From a virus (Duplodnaviria; Caudoviricetes): a stretch of 59,930 nt of DNA. Of the stretch, positions 35,222 to 46,117 are shown piece after piece. The DNA lies in IMG/VR virus record IMGVR_UViG_3300035195_000113, positions 1-59,930 of that record. One strand, given 5' to 3'. The notes beneath the pieces were generated by a model. The model did no database searches. It saw only the letters and a program-made list of their open reading frames with translations, and had not been told where the DNA came from. Position 1 is the stretch's first letter, and every line of letters begins with the position of its first letter. The translations under genes and the position numbers were made by a program.

Positions 35222-35815
35222 ATGAGGAGTATTTTTGATTTTGTTGTTGAGCCACTTGGTTCTAGATATAACAACAATAAAAAGGTAGAAGGCGGAGACT
35301 TGATACTTAATACACAAATATTCACACACCAAAGCGTAAATAGGTTAGGTATCGTTAAAAGCTTACCTACAACAGGTGACACTAATATTAAGGTAGGTGA
35401 CACTGTTGTTGTCCATCACAACGTATTTAGAAGATACCATGACGTCAGAGGTGTAGAGAAAAACGGTAGAAGCTACATAGATGATAATAATTATTTATGT
35501 TCTTTTGAACAAATCTTTTTATATAAAAATAAAAACGAGTGGAAAGCACCTAGGGGTTATTCATTTGTAAAACCTATTGAATCTAATAATATTTTTAATC
35601 TTAACAAAGAAAAGCCTAGTATTGGTGTTGTAAAGTATCTTGATGAAAACTTTGACTCACAAATACAACAAGGTGATCTAGTTGGTTTCACTCCTGGTAG
35701 TGAATATGAATTTGTAGTAGACGATGAAAGATTATATAGAGTTGGATCTCGATCATTAACTATAAAATATGAATATCAAGGAGACGAAAAAGAATATAAT
35801 CCAAGCTGGGCATAA
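35222..35815 (+). CDS. Tandem GroES-like domain protein
   Basis: Two GroES-like units: VVEP...GDLIL...GIVKSLP...IKVGDTVVV and FVKP...GVVKY...IQQGDLVGF...LYRV. Confidence 0.6.
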   Translation: MRSIFDFVVEPLGSRYNNNKKVEGGDLILNTQIFTHQSVNRLGIVKSLPTTGDTNIKVGDTVVVHHNVFRRYHDVRGVEKNGRSYIDDNNYLCSFEQIFLYKNKNEWKAPRGYSFVKPIESNNIFNLNKEKPSIGVVKYLDENFDSQIQQGDLVGFTPGSEYEFVVDDERLYRVGSRSLTIKYEYQGDEKEYNPSWA

Positions 35816-36044
35816 AGCAGTTGAAGAACTTATAAAAGTAGCTGGTGAAAAAATAGTTGATTCTGGAGATGATATATCTGCTGATAGATTAAAAAATGCC
35901 GCTGCTACTAAAAAGCTAGCTATATTCGATGCTTTTGAGATACTTAATAGAATACAAGAAGAGGAAGATATGCTTAATGATGTAGTTAAAGAGGAAGTTG
36001 AAGAGACATCATTTGGTGGCTTTGCAGAAAGAAGATCTAAATAA
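35769..36044 (+). CDS. Putative terminase small subunit
   Basis: Small helical protein coupled directly to terL. Confidence 0.5.
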   Translation: MNIKETKKNIIQAGHKAVEELIKVAGEKIVDSGDDISADRLKNAAATKKLAIFDAFEILNRIQEEEDMLNDVVKEEVEETSFGGFAERRSK

Positions 36045-38257
36045 TGTACAAGCAATCACTGTATAAGGTTGTAGAACCTATAAAAATAAACACAGTCAAG
36101 AGGCTTAACAAAGCTAAGAAGTGGGATTATGGCTATAACAAAGAGCATGATGTTGTTGTTATATCTAAAACTGGGCAGATAGGTGAAATATATGAAATAC
36201 AAAATTTTAAAATAGCATTACCTAAATGTGTAAGTCCACATAAGTTTGATAGTAATAAATGGGAAGTTAGTGATTACCCTAGAGAATTAAAAAGAATAAA
36301 AACTATATTTGATTGGAAAAATTATGCAGATGATTTCAAGAAAAAATATATAGATTATATAGAAGATGAGTTTAAAAAAAGAGAAGAAGGTTTTTGGTAT
36401 TATAATCAAGGTAAACCTACTTACATTACTGGCACTCATTATATGTACTTGCAGTGGTCCAAAATTGATGTTGGGCAGCCAGACTTTCGAGAAGCAAATA
36501 GACTATTCTATATATTCTGGGAAGCTTGCAAAGCAGATACAAGATGCTACGGAATGTGCTACCTTAAAAATAGACGTTCAGGATTCTCTTTTATGGCTTC
36601 AGGAGAAGCGGTTAATCAAGCAACAATATCATCTGATGCTAGATTCGGTATCTTATCAAAGTCAGGACCAGATGCTAAAAAAATGTTTACCGACAAGGTT
36701 GTACCAATATCTGTAAATTACCCTTTCTTTTTTAAACCTATACAAGATGGTATGGATAGGCCAAAAACAGAACTTGCGTATAGAGTTCCTGCTAGTAAGC
36801 TCACAAGAAGAAGTATTGTTAGCTCTGACAAGCCAGAAGAGTTAGAAGGTCTTGATACAACTATTGATTGGAAAAATACAGGTGATAACAGTTACGATGG
36901 TGAGAAACTTAAATTATTAGTACATGATGAAAGTGGTAAATGGGAAAGACCTAATAATATATTAAATAACTGGAGGGTTACTAAAACAACATTACGATTA
37001 GGTAGTAGAGTTATTGGTAAGTGTATGATGGGATCAACATCAAACGCTTTAGATAAAGGAGGAGATAATTTTAAGAAACTATATAAAGCTTCAGATGTTA
37101 CAAAAAGAAACCGCAATGGACAGACAAGCTCGGGACTATATTCTTTATTCATACCTATGGAATGGAACTACGAGGGATTCATTGATTCTTATGGAATACC
37201 TGTATTCGACACACCTGAAACAGAAAAGGTTGGACCTTTTGGCGAGGCTATAGATATAGGTATACTAGAACATTGGCAAAATGAAGTAGATGGTTTAAAA
37301 GACGATGGAGATGCTTTAAATGAATTTTACAGACAATTTCCAAGAACTGAAGAACATGCGTTTAGAGACGAAACAAAAAACAGTATATTTAATTTAGCTA
37401 AAATATACGAGCAAATAGATTACAACGAGGAAACAAACTACATAAACACTATAACCACTGGTAATTTTCAATGGGTTAATGGTGTTAAAGATAGCAAAGT
37501 TATATTCTACCCTGATAAAAATGGTAGATTTAAATTAAGCTGGACACCACCAGCTCATTTACAAAATAACGTTATATTAAAAAATGGCTATAAAAAACCA
37601 GGTAATGAACACATGGGTGTTTTTGGTTGCGATAGTTACGATATATCTGGTACTGTTGACGGTAAAGGCTCTAAAGGTTCTTTACATGGGTTAACAAAGT
37701 TTAGCATGGAAGATGCACCAGCAAATCATTTCTTTTGTGAATATATAGCTAGACCACAAACCGCTGAGATCTTCTTTGAAGATGTTTTAATGGCACTTGT
37801 ATTTTATGGGATGCCTATACTAGCAGAAAATAATAAACCTCGTCTATTGTATTATTTAAGAAGACGTGGTTATAGAGGCTTTAGTATGAATAGACCAGAT
37901 AAAGTATGGAATAAGTTGTCTATAGCTGAAAAAGAAGTTGGTGGAATACCTAACTCTAGTGAAGATATAAAACAATCTCATGCTGCAGCAATAGAAATGT
38001 ACATACAAGACCACGTTGGTATAAAAAGTGACGGTAGTCATGGTACAGTTTATTTTAACGAACTTCTTAATGATTGGTCTAAGTTCGATATAAACAATAG
38101 AACCAAGTTTGATGCATCTATAAGTTCTGGTTTAGCTATAATGGGTTGTAATAGACATTTGTATGCACCCAACGCTAAAGTAGAAAAACAAAAAGTAAAT
38201 ATAAGTTTTGCTAGATATAAACAATCTGGCATACAATCAAAATTAATAGAAAATTAA
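36044..38257 (+). CDS. terL: Terminase large subunit
   Basis: Walker A-like KNRRSGFS, Walker B LLVHDESGK, GST coupling motif, nuclease GCDSYD...AENN...FD. Confidence 0.92.
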   Translation: MYKQSLYKVVEPIKINTVKRLNKAKKWDYGYNKEHDVVVISKTGQIGEIYEIQNFKIALPKCVSPHKFDSNKWEVSDYPRELKRIKTIFDWKNYADDFKKKYIDYIEDEFKKREEGFWYYNQGKPTYITGTHYMYLQWSKIDVGQPDFREANRLFYIFWEACKADTRCYGMCYLKNRRSGFSFMASGEAVNQATISSDARFGILSKSGPDAKKMFTDKVVPISVNYPFFFKPIQDGMDRPKTELAYRVPASKLTRRSIVSSDKPEELEGLDTTIDWKNTGDNSYDGEKLKLLVHDESGKWERPNNILNNWRVTKTTLRLGSRVIGKCMMGSTSNALDKGGDNFKKLYKASDVTKRNRNGQTSSGLYSLFIPMEWNYEGFIDSYGIPVFDTPETEKVGPFGEAIDIGILEHWQNEVDGLKDDGDALNEFYRQFPRTEEHAFRDETKNSIFNLAKIYEQIDYNEETNYINTITTGNFQWVNGVKDSKVIFYPDKNGRFKLSWTPPAHLQNNVILKNGYKKPGNEHMGVFGCDSYDISGTVDGKGSKGSLHGLTKFSMEDAPANHFFCEYIARPQTAEIFFEDVLMALVFYGMPILAENNKPRLLYYLRRRGYRGFSMNRPDKVWNKLSIAEKEVGGIPNSSEDIKQSHAAAIEMYIQDHVGIKSDGSHGTVYFNELLNDWSKFDINNRTKFDASISSGLAIMGCNRHLYAPNAKVEKQKVNISFARYKQSGIQSKLIEN

Positions 38258-38258
38258 T

Positions 38259-40688
38259 ATGGCTGAGTCAGTTGTTAAAGGTTATTTTCCAAGTCAAGTC
38301 GCAAGCGATTTAGAAAAGATAAGTAAAGACTACGGTTTGAAAGTTGCTAAAGCAATTGAAAGCGAGTGGTTTAAGAGGGACTCTGGTACGAACAGATTCT
38401 CTGGGAATCAAACAGAGTTCCATAAACTTCGCTTATACGCTAGAGGAGAACAATCTATACAAAAATATAAAGATGAATTATCTATAAACGGTGATTTGTC
38501 ATATCTTAATTTAGACTGGAAACCAGTACCTATTATACCTAAATTTGTAGATATAGTAGTTAATGGTATATCAGAAAGAGTTTTTGATATTAAAGCATAT
38601 TCTCAAGATCCTTCAGGTGTCAGTAAAAGAACAGCTTATATGGAGTCAATGCTTAGAGATATGAGATCAAAAGAGCTTAACGCATATGCTAAAGAAGCTT
38701 TTGGTATTGATCTTTCTGAAAATGACCCTGAAATACTACCTGATTCACAACAAGAGTTAGATTTACACATGCAACTTAGTTATAAGCAGCAAGTAGAAAT
38801 AGCTGAGGAACAAGCTATTAACGTTGTTCTTGAAGGTAATAGATATGATTTAACTAGAAGAAGAGTTAACTATGACTTAACTGTATTAGGTATAGGTTCT
38901 GTTAAAACCGTTTATAACAAGTCAGAAGGAATAAAAATAGAATACGTAGACCCTGCTAATTTAGTATACTCATATACAGAGTCGCCTTATTTTGATGATA
39001 TATATTATATTGGTGAAGTTAAAACGTTACCTGTTAACGAATTAAAAAAACAGTTTCCTAATCTAGACGAACAACAATTAGAAAAAGTTACTGGTCAAGG
39101 TTTCCAAAACAGTGGTTTTTATAATAGAAGCTTAACTGAATCTAGCCAAGTTGATAAAAATCAAGTTCAAGTGTTGTATTTTAACTATAAGACGTATGCT
39201 AATGAAGTATACAAAGTTAAAGAAACAGCTACTGGCGCTAGCAAAGTTATAATAAAAGATGATTCATTTAATCCTATGCAGGATCAAATGCTTGAGGCTA
39301 AGTATGGTAAGATGTCTAGGTCACTAGAAGTTTTATACGAAGGAGCTATTGTTTTAGGTACTGATATAATATTAAAATGGGATCTTAGTAAGAACATGAT
39401 GAGACCTAAAAGTGATCACACTAAGGTTAAAATGAATTACTCTATCTCAGCACCTAGAATGTATAAAGGTAGAATAGAATCACTTGTAGGACGTATAACT
39501 GGTTTTGCTGATATGATACAGCTAACTCATTTAAAGCTGCAACAGGTGATGTCTAGAATGACTCCTGACGGTATATATTTAGATGCTGATGGTTTAGCTG
39601 AAATTGATTTAGGTAATGGAACTAATTATAACCCACAAGAAGCATTGAATATGTTTTTTCAAACTGGTTCTATTATAGGTAGATCAATGACTTCTGAAGG
39701 AGATATGAATCCTGGTAAAGTACCTATTCAAGAAATACAAAGTGGAAATGGTGGTGCTAAGATGCAGAGTTTGATAGGTACGTATAATTATTATTTACAA
39801 ATGATAAGAGATGTCACCGGTTTAAATGAGTCATCAGATGGATCTACTCCGTCTAAAGACGCTTTAGTAGGTGTACAAAAAATAGCAGCTGCAAATAGTA
39901 ACACAGCAACAAGACATATATTACAAGCTGGTTTGTATATAACTTCAGAAGTAGCTGAAGCAGTTTCTTTAAGAGTATCTGATATACTAGAGTACTCACC
40001 AACAAGAGAAGCTTTTATACAAAAAATAGGTATACATAATGTTTCTACTTTAAGTGAGTTACAAAACTTACATTTATCTGATTTTGGCATATACATAGAG
40101 CTAGCACCAGATGATGAAGAAAAAGCTATGTTAGAACAAAATATACAAATGGCTTTATCTGCTGGAAGCTTAGACTTAGAAGATGCTATTGATTTAAGAG
40201 AAATAAAAAACATTAAGTTAGCTAATCAAGTATTAAAGATACGTAGAAAAAAGAAACAAGAAAGAGATCAAATGATGCAGCAGCAGAATATACAAGCTCA
40301 ATCACAAGCTAATGTTCAAGCTCAACAAGCCGCAGCTCAAGCAGAGGTTCAAAAGAATCAAGCTATAACTCAACAAAAAATACAGCTAGAGCAAACCAAA
40401 GCTCAATTAGAAGAGGCTAAGCTAGCTAAAGAGGTTTTATACAAAAAAGAACTTATGAACCATGAGTTTCAAATTAACATGAGACTTAAGGGTATGGAAG
40501 TTGATGGTATGAAAAACAAAGAAAAGTACAAAGAAGATCGTAAGGACGAAAGAACTAAAATTCAAGCGTCTCAACAGTCTGAACTAATAGATCAAAGAAA
40601 TAACTCAAAACCACCTAAAAACTTTGAATCTGCAGGTAATGATATACTTGGTGGAGGTATAGACCTAGGCGCAACAGACCCTAGGTAA
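38259..40688 (+). CDS. Portal protein
   Basis: 809 aa after terL; PIIPKFVDIVV, IRDVTGLNE, Q-rich C-terminal coiled coil as in P22-type portals. Confidence 0.85.
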   Translation: MAESVVKGYFPSQVASDLEKISKDYGLKVAKAIESEWFKRDSGTNRFSGNQTEFHKLRLYARGEQSIQKYKDELSINGDLSYLNLDWKPVPIIPKFVDIVVNGISERVFDIKAYSQDPSGVSKRTAYMESMLRDMRSKELNAYAKEAFGIDLSENDPEILPDSQQELDLHMQLSYKQQVEIAEEQAINVVLEGNRYDLTRRRVNYDLTVLGIGSVKTVYNKSEGIKIEYVDPANLVYSYTESPYFDDIYYIGEVKTLPVNELKKQFPNLDEQQLEKVTGQGFQNSGFYNRSLTESSQVDKNQVQVLYFNYKTYANEVYKVKETATGASKVIIKDDSFNPMQDQMLEAKYGKMSRSLEVLYEGAIVLGTDIILKWDLSKNMMRPKSDHTKVKMNYSISAPRMYKGRIESLVGRITGFADMIQLTHLKLQQVMSRMTPDGIYLDADGLAEIDLGNGTNYNPQEALNMFFQTGSIIGRSMTSEGDMNPGKVPIQEIQSGNGGAKMQSLIGTYNYYLQMIRDVTGLNESSDGSTPSKDALVGVQKIAAANSNTATRHILQAGLYITSEVAEAVSLRVSDILEYSPTREAFIQKIGIHNVSTLSELQNLHLSDFGIYIELAPDDEEKAMLEQNIQMALSAGSLDLEDAIDLREIKNIKLANQVLKIRRKKKQERDQMMQQQNIQAQSQANVQAQQAAAQAEVQKNQAITQQKIQLEQTKAQLEEAKLAKEVLYKKELMNHEFQINMRLKGMEVDGMKNKEKYKEDRKDERTKIQASQQSELIDQRNNSKPPKNFESAGNDILGGGIDLGATDPR

Positions 40689-40716
40689 TTTTTTATTAAT
40701 TTTATAATATTTTATT

Positions 40717-41895
40717 ATGTCAGAAGAACAAAAAGATGAAGTTCAAGAGGAAGCTGTAGAGCAAACTCAAGAAGTTCAAGTAAAAGCCGTGCCTGAGGAG
40801 AAACCTGAGGAGCAAGGCCCAAAAGCGGAAGTCTTAGAAGATGGTACGTTTAAATTAGATTTATCACAAGGTTCAAAAGAACCAGAGGTAGAAGCTAAAG
40901 CTGAACCAGAAGTTGAACCAGAAGTTGAAGCTGAAGAGCAAGAACCTGGTTTAGAAGAGGTTATAGAAGAGGAACAAGCAGCTGTAGAAGAAGTAGAGGA
41001 TAAAGTTGTTGAAGAAGTTCAAGAGCAAGTTCAAGAAGCTATTGATGAGGCTAAAGAAACAGGAGAACCTTTACCTGAGAACATACAGAAAGTAGTTGAT
41101 TTTATAAATGAGACAGGCGGATCGCTTGAGGACTATGTAAAATTAAATCAAGATTTTACCAACTACGATGATAAAACTCTATTATTAGAGTATTACAAAC
41201 AAACAAAACCTCATTTAAATAACGAGGAAATAAATTTCCTAATGGAAGATCAATTTTCTTTTAACGAAGATGTTGACGAGGAAATAGATATAAAAAGAAA
41301 AAAACTAGCGCTAAAAGAGCAGGTTGCAAGTGCTAAAGGCCACCTAGACGGGCTAAAGTCTAAATACTATGAAGAAGTTAAAGCTGGTTCTAGGCTCGCG
41401 CCAGAACAACAGAAGGCTGTAGATTTCTTTAATAGATATAACGAAGAGTTAGAGGAAACTAACAAGAATCAAGGTTTACAACAAAAAGTGTTTCAAGAAA
41501 AAACTAAACAAGTTTTTAACGATCAGTTCAAAGGTTTTGAATATAAGGTTGGAGAAAAGAAATACAGATTTAACGTAAAAGATGCTGCAAAGGTTAAGGA
41601 TACACAAAGCGACATTAACAATTTTGTCAAGAAGTTCTTGAATGAAAAAAATGAAATGTCAGATGCTTCAGGCTATCACAAATCTTTATTTACAGCAATG
41701 AACCCTGATTTAGTAGCTCAACATTTTTATGAACAAGGTAAGGCTGATGCTGTTAAAAGTAGTATAGCTAAATCTAAAAACATCGATATGGAACCAAGGT
41801 CTACTCACGAGAAGGCACCAAATCCAAATGGATTTTCAGTAAAAGCGGTTGACAATAGTTCTAATGACTTTAAGTTTAGAATAAAAACAAGATAA
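40717..41895 (+). CDS. Scaffolding protein
   Basis: Very acidic N-terminus, helical C-terminus, between portal and capsid. Confidence 0.7.
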   Translation: MSEEQKDEVQEEAVEQTQEVQVKAVPEEKPEEQGPKAEVLEDGTFKLDLSQGSKEPEVEAKAEPEVEPEVEAEEQEPGLEEVIEEEQAAVEEVEDKVVEEVQEQVQEAIDEAKETGEPLPENIQKVVDFINETGGSLEDYVKLNQDFTNYDDKTLLLEYYKQTKPHLNNEEINFLMEDQFSFNEDVDEEIDIKRKKLALKEQVASAKGHLDGLKSKYYEEVKAGSRLAPEQQKAVDFFNRYNEELEETNKNQGLQQKVFQEKTKQVFNDQFKGFEYKVGEKKYRFNVKDAAKVKDTQSDINNFVKKFLNEKNEMSDASGYHKSLFTAMNPDLVAQHFYEQGKADAVKSSIAKSKNIDMEPRSTHEKAPNPNGFSVKAVDNSSNDFKFRIKTR

Positions 41896-41919
41896 CTTAA
41901 CAATTAAAATTAAAAAATT

Positions 41920-43401
41920 ATGGCAAGTGGATCATTCACAGGGAGCTCATCAGCTCTCGCACATTTAACACCAAGACCTGTAAAAGATTTATATGGGTCA
42001 AATTACCTGTCAATTACAGGAAACGATTACAACTTTACTAAACAATTCCTACCAGAAGTTTATGAAAAAGAAGTTGAAAGATTCGGTAACAGAACTGTTG
42101 CAGGATTTTTAAAAATGGTAGGAGCAGAAATGCCTATGGCTTCTGATCAAGTTGTTTGGTCTGAGCAAGGTCGTATTCACGTTGCTTTTAGCGACTGTTC
42201 TACAGACGCTGACGGTGGCGCAACAAATGAACTTACTTTTTCATCAGCGGCTAACGCTAGTATGATTGATGTTCATGATACTATTATTGTAAGCAAAGGT
42301 GGTGTAACAGTAAAATGTTACGTTTCAGCTAGAGCAGCTGGCGCTTCTGTTGCTACTGTTATTCCTTACACTGCTGCTACTTTAGCTGCTGCTGGTATTG
42401 CGAATGACGTTAGTGCAATAAACGTATTTGTTTACGGTTCTGAGTACAAAAAAGGATCTGCTAACGCTGGTAACTCTAAAGATGCTGACTTTACTACTTT
42501 TAGTAATAAGCCAATCATCTTAAGAGACAAGTATAGTGTAAATGGATCAGATACTGCTAGTATCGGTTGGGTAGAAGTAACTACTGAAGCTGGAACTGGT
42601 GGGTACTTATGGTACTTAAAATCTGAGCATGAAGCTAGGTTAAGATTCGAAGATCAATTAGAAATGGCGATGATTGAAGCTGAGCCAGTTTCTGGTAACC
42701 AAATGGATGGCGCAGGTGTTTTCCAAACACAAGCACTCGCTGGACAACACGGTACGCAAGGTTTATTCTCTGCTATTGAAGAAAGAGGATTAATCTACAA
42801 TAACCCTGATTTTGGTTCAGTTGGAACTGGTGCTGGTGAAGGAATTGCTGAATTTGATGTTATATTAAAAGAATTAGATAAGCAAGGAGCTATCGAAGAA
42901 AATATGATGTTCTTAAATAGAGGAACTTCATTAGCAATCGATAACATGTTAGCTGCTCAAAATTCTTACGGAACTGGAGGTACATCTTACGGTGTATTTG
43001 ACAATTCTGAAGATATGGCACTTAACTTAGGATTCTCAGGATTTAGAAGAGGTTCTTACGATTTTTACAAGTCTGACTGGAAATACCTAAATGACGGTAC
43101 TACAAGAGGATTAATTGGAGATGTACAAGGAGTGTTAGTTCCTGCTGGAACAAGTACTGTTTATGATCAACAATTAGGTAAAAACATCAAAAGACCATTC
43201 TTACACGTCAGATACAGAGCTTCTGAAGCTGATGATAGAAGAATGAAATCTTGGATCACTGGATCTGTTGGTGGTAACTTTACTAGCGACGAGGATGCTA
43301 TGAACGTTCATTTCTTATCAGAAAGATGTTTATGTGTTCAAGCTGCTAACAACTTCATCTTATTCAAAGATGCTGATGGTGTTACTGGTGATAGCAACTA
43401 A
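41920..43401 (+). CDS. Major capsid protein
   Basis: Position, size, biased codons and a following hairpin terminator. Confidence 0.85.
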   Translation: MASGSFTGSSSALAHLTPRPVKDLYGSNYLSITGNDYNFTKQFLPEVYEKEVERFGNRTVAGFLKMVGAEMPMASDQVVWSEQGRIHVAFSDCSTDADGGATNELTFSSAANASMIDVHDTIIVSKGGVTVKCYVSARAAGASVATVIPYTAATLAAAGIANDVSAINVFVYGSEYKKGSANAGNSKDADFTTFSNKPIILRDKYSVNGSDTASIGWVEVTTEAGTGGYLWYLKSEHEARLRFEDQLEMAMIEAEPVSGNQMDGAGVFQTQALAGQHGTQGLFSAIEERGLIYNNPDFGSVGTGAGEGIAEFDVILKELDKQGAIEENMMFLNRGTSLAIDNMLAAQNSYGTGGTSYGVFDNSEDMALNLGFSGFRRGSYDFYKSDWKYLNDGTTRGLIGDVQGVLVPAGTSTVYDQQLGKNIKRPFLHVRYRASEADDRRMKSWITGSVGGNFTSDEDAMNVHFLSERCLCVQAANNFILFKDADGVTGDSN

Positions 43402-43413
43402 TTAACAATTACT

Positions 43414-43454
43414 GTAATTCTTACCCTCGTTAAAACAACGGGGGTAATTATTAC
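43414..43454 (+). terminator. Hairpin terminator after capsid gene
   Basis: TTACCCTCGTT-AAAAC-AACGGGGGTAA. Confidence 0.75.
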
Positions 43455-43480
43455 TCTTAACATTTATATTATATCATATT

Positions 43481-44242
43481 ATGAAAAAACAAGAAACAAC
43501 TCCTTCGACTTGGGAGATTAAAGATAGAGTTTATTTACTAAAAGGTAACAAAACGCCTTTATTATTTACAGTACCCGCAAAACATAGTAGAGCTAAATCA
43601 CTATTGTATTTTGATGAAGATCAAGGTCTTCAAAGGGAATTAAGATATGCAACTAACCAAAACTCACCTTTTGTAGATGAGCAAAAAGGTACAGTAACAC
43701 TAGGTCATATATTTTTTAGAGACGGTAAGTTGATGGTGCCGAAGCAAAAACAAAATCTTCAAAAGCTTTTGTCGCTTTATCACCCATTAAATGGTAAGTC
43801 TTACTTTGAAAAAGATGACGTTAAAGAAGCTGAGGTTGATTTAAGTTATTTACAAATGGAGATTGAAGCGCTAAAAATAGCTTCTGATTTTGATCTTGAT
43901 GATTGTGAAGCTTTATTAACGGTTGAGACAGGATCTAATGTATCTACAATGACTAGTAAGGAAATAAAAAGAGACACTATAGTTTTTGCTAGAAATAACC
44001 CACAACAATTTTTAGAACTAGTACAAGATGAAGATCTTAGTTTAAAAAGTCTAAGTATGAAAGCTGTTAAACAAGGAGTAATTAAAATGTCACAAGATGG
44101 CAGATCTTTTGTTTGGGGTAAAAACAGTAAAAAATTAATGGTTGTACCGTTTGATCAAGAACCATATCCAGCTTTAGCTGCTTGGTTTAAGACAGATGAT
44201 GGAATGAAAGTTCTAGAAAGCGTACAAAAGAAAATCAAATAG
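43481..44242 (+). CDS. Hypothetical protein in the morphogenesis block
   Basis: ORF. Confidence 0.75.
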   Translation: MKKQETTPSTWEIKDRVYLLKGNKTPLLFTVPAKHSRAKSLLYFDEDQGLQRELRYATNQNSPFVDEQKGTVTLGHIFFRDGKLMVPKQKQNLQKLLSLYHPLNGKSYFEKDDVKEAEVDLSYLQMEIEALKIASDFDLDDCEALLTVETGSNVSTMTSKEIKRDTIVFARNNPQQFLELVQDEDLSLKSLSMKAVKQGVIKMSQDGRSFVWGKNSKKLMVVPFDQEPYPALAAWFKTDDGMKVLESVQKKIK

Positions 44243-44253
44243 ATTACCTATAG

Positions 44254-44284
44254 TAGTTAGGCTACTTTAACGGTAGCCTAATTA
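44254..44284 (+). terminator. Hairpin terminator
   Basis: TAGTTAGGCTACT-TTAAC-GGTAGCCTAATTA. Confidence 0.7.
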
Positions 44285-44302
44285 TTATAAATAAAAAAAA
44301 TT

Positions 44303-45019
44303 ATGGCAGTAAGCATAGATACAGTATATCAAAGAGTTTTAGCTATAGCTAATAAAGAACAAAGAGGTTATGTAACACCTCAAGAGTTTAACGTATTCGC
44401 TAATCAAGCTCAAATGGATATATTCGAGCAGTATTTTTACGACTTAAATGTATTTTTAAGAGCACCTGGAAACGATACTACACATGGTGATCCTATAGAT
44501 ATATTAAAAGAAAAAATAGATCAGTTTGAAAGATATAGACAAACTGTGGCCGTAAGCTCAGGTGGAGTAGGTGTATTACCTGACCACTATCGTATGGGTG
44601 AACTTTACTTTTACAACGCCAACTGTACTGGTGGACCTAGATTTATTGAAATAGAAAAAATAAATCAAAACGAAATCCATCACATACAGAATTCTCCTCT
44701 AACAGCACCTTCAAATACCTTACCAGTGTACGTTCACACTACAGGTTATAGAAATATTCAATTATATCCTGTAACAATTACCGCAGCTGTGTGTAACTAT
44801 ATAGCTAGACCAGCTCAAGCTGTTTGGGGTTATACCGTAGCTAATGGTCAAGCGCTTTATAATTCAAGTTCAACTACTAATTTTGAGCTACATCAAGCGG
44901 AGGAACCTAATTTAGTTTTTAAAATACTAGAGTTAGCTGGTATATCAATGAAAAATCCTAACTTATACTCACAAGCTGCTGCAGAAGAAGCTAAAGACTT
45001 ACAAGAAGAAAAACAATAA
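44303..45019 (+). CDS. Head-tail adaptor or tail ring protein
   Basis: ANKEQRGYVTPQEFN N-terminal motif; position. Confidence 0.6.
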   Translation: MAVSIDTVYQRVLAIANKEQRGYVTPQEFNVFANQAQMDIFEQYFYDLNVFLRAPGNDTTHGDPIDILKEKIDQFERYRQTVAVSSGGVGVLPDHYRMGELYFYNANCTGGPRFIEIEKINQNEIHHIQNSPLTAPSNTLPVYVHTTGYRNIQLYPVTITAAVCNYIARPAQAVWGYTVANGQALYNSSSTTNFELHQAEEPNLVFKILELAGISMKNPNLYSQAAAEEAKDLQEEKQ

Positions 45020-45022
45020 GAT

Positions 45023-46114
45023 ATGCCTTTATTCACAGGAACACAACAACAGTATTATAACAACTCCCAGTCATTCACTGGTAATGGTTCTACTACTGCT
45101 TTTACTTTAACATTTTCTCCTTTACCTACACTTATAACTGATTTTAAGATATTTGTAAATGGTTCAGAGCTAAACACTAGTCTATACGATGGAACACCTT
45201 ATAATGCTAGCACTGGTGTTATAACTTTTGATACAGCACCAGTTAATGGAGCTTCTATATTAGTTAGACAAACGAACTTTGGCGAGCAAACTGGCAACTA
45301 TCAATTTATAGGTATTGATGATATTATAAATAACTTTATAGTTTCTTACGTAGGCGAAGACAAAATAATACCAAAAGCTAGAAGAGCTGATATTGCTTTT
45401 CACGCACAGAGAGGAATACAAGAATTAAGCTACGATACTTTTAAATCTATCAAAGCTCAAGAAATAGAAATACCACCTTCACTAACAATGAAGTTACCAC
45501 ATGACTATGTTAACTATGTTAAACTTGCTTGGAAAGATTCATCAGGTATAGAGCATGTTATATATCCAACAGGTAAGACTAGCAACCCTACAGCAATACT
45601 TCAAGCTGAAAACTTTGATTACAACTTTGATAGTGATGGTTCACTACTTGTTGCTCAGAACTCAGACTCTTTAAGAGATTTTATTAATACAGCTCAGACT
45701 AGTGCTTCAGATCCTAGTGATGGTTTATATGATTTTATGACAGATGCTGGAAGTAGATTTGGAATAAGTCCAGAGCACGCACAGTCTAATGGTGTTTTTT
45801 ACATAGATTCAGCTAGAGGCACAATACATTTTAGCTCTGATTTAAATACTAAAACAATAATACTTAAGTATATAAGTGATAGTCTAGGTACTGACGCTGA
45901 AATGATAGTTCATAAATTTGCTGAAGAAGCTATGTACAAGTATATGGCACACGCTATATTATCTACTAGAGCAAACGTGCAGGAGTATATAGTCGCTAGA
46001 TTTAAAAAAGAAAAGTTTACAGCTATAAGAACAGCTAAATTAAGACTATCGAATTTAAAAATTGAAGAGTTATCTCAAGTTATGAGAGGTAAATCTAAAC
46101 AAATAAAACACTAA
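45023..46114 (+). CDS. Tail ring or structural protein
   Basis: FTGNGSTTAFTL domain followed by LPHDYVNYV; position. Confidence 0.6.
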   Translation: MPLFTGTQQQYYNNSQSFTGNGSTTAFTLTFSPLPTLITDFKIFVNGSELNTSLYDGTPYNASTGVITFDTAPVNGASILVRQTNFGEQTGNYQFIGIDDIINNFIVSYVGEDKIIPKARRADIAFHAQRGIQELSYDTFKSIKAQEIEIPPSLTMKLPHDYVNYVKLAWKDSSGIEHVIYPTGKTSNPTAILQAENFDYNFDSDGSLLVAQNSDSLRDFINTAQTSASDPSDGLYDFMTDAGSRFGISPEHAQSNGVFYIDSARGTIHFSSDLNTKTIILKYISDSLGTDAEMIVHKFAEEAMYKYMAHAILSTRANVQEYIVARFKKEKFTAIRTAKLRLSNLKIEELSQVMRGKSKQIKH

Positions 46115-46117
46115 AAT

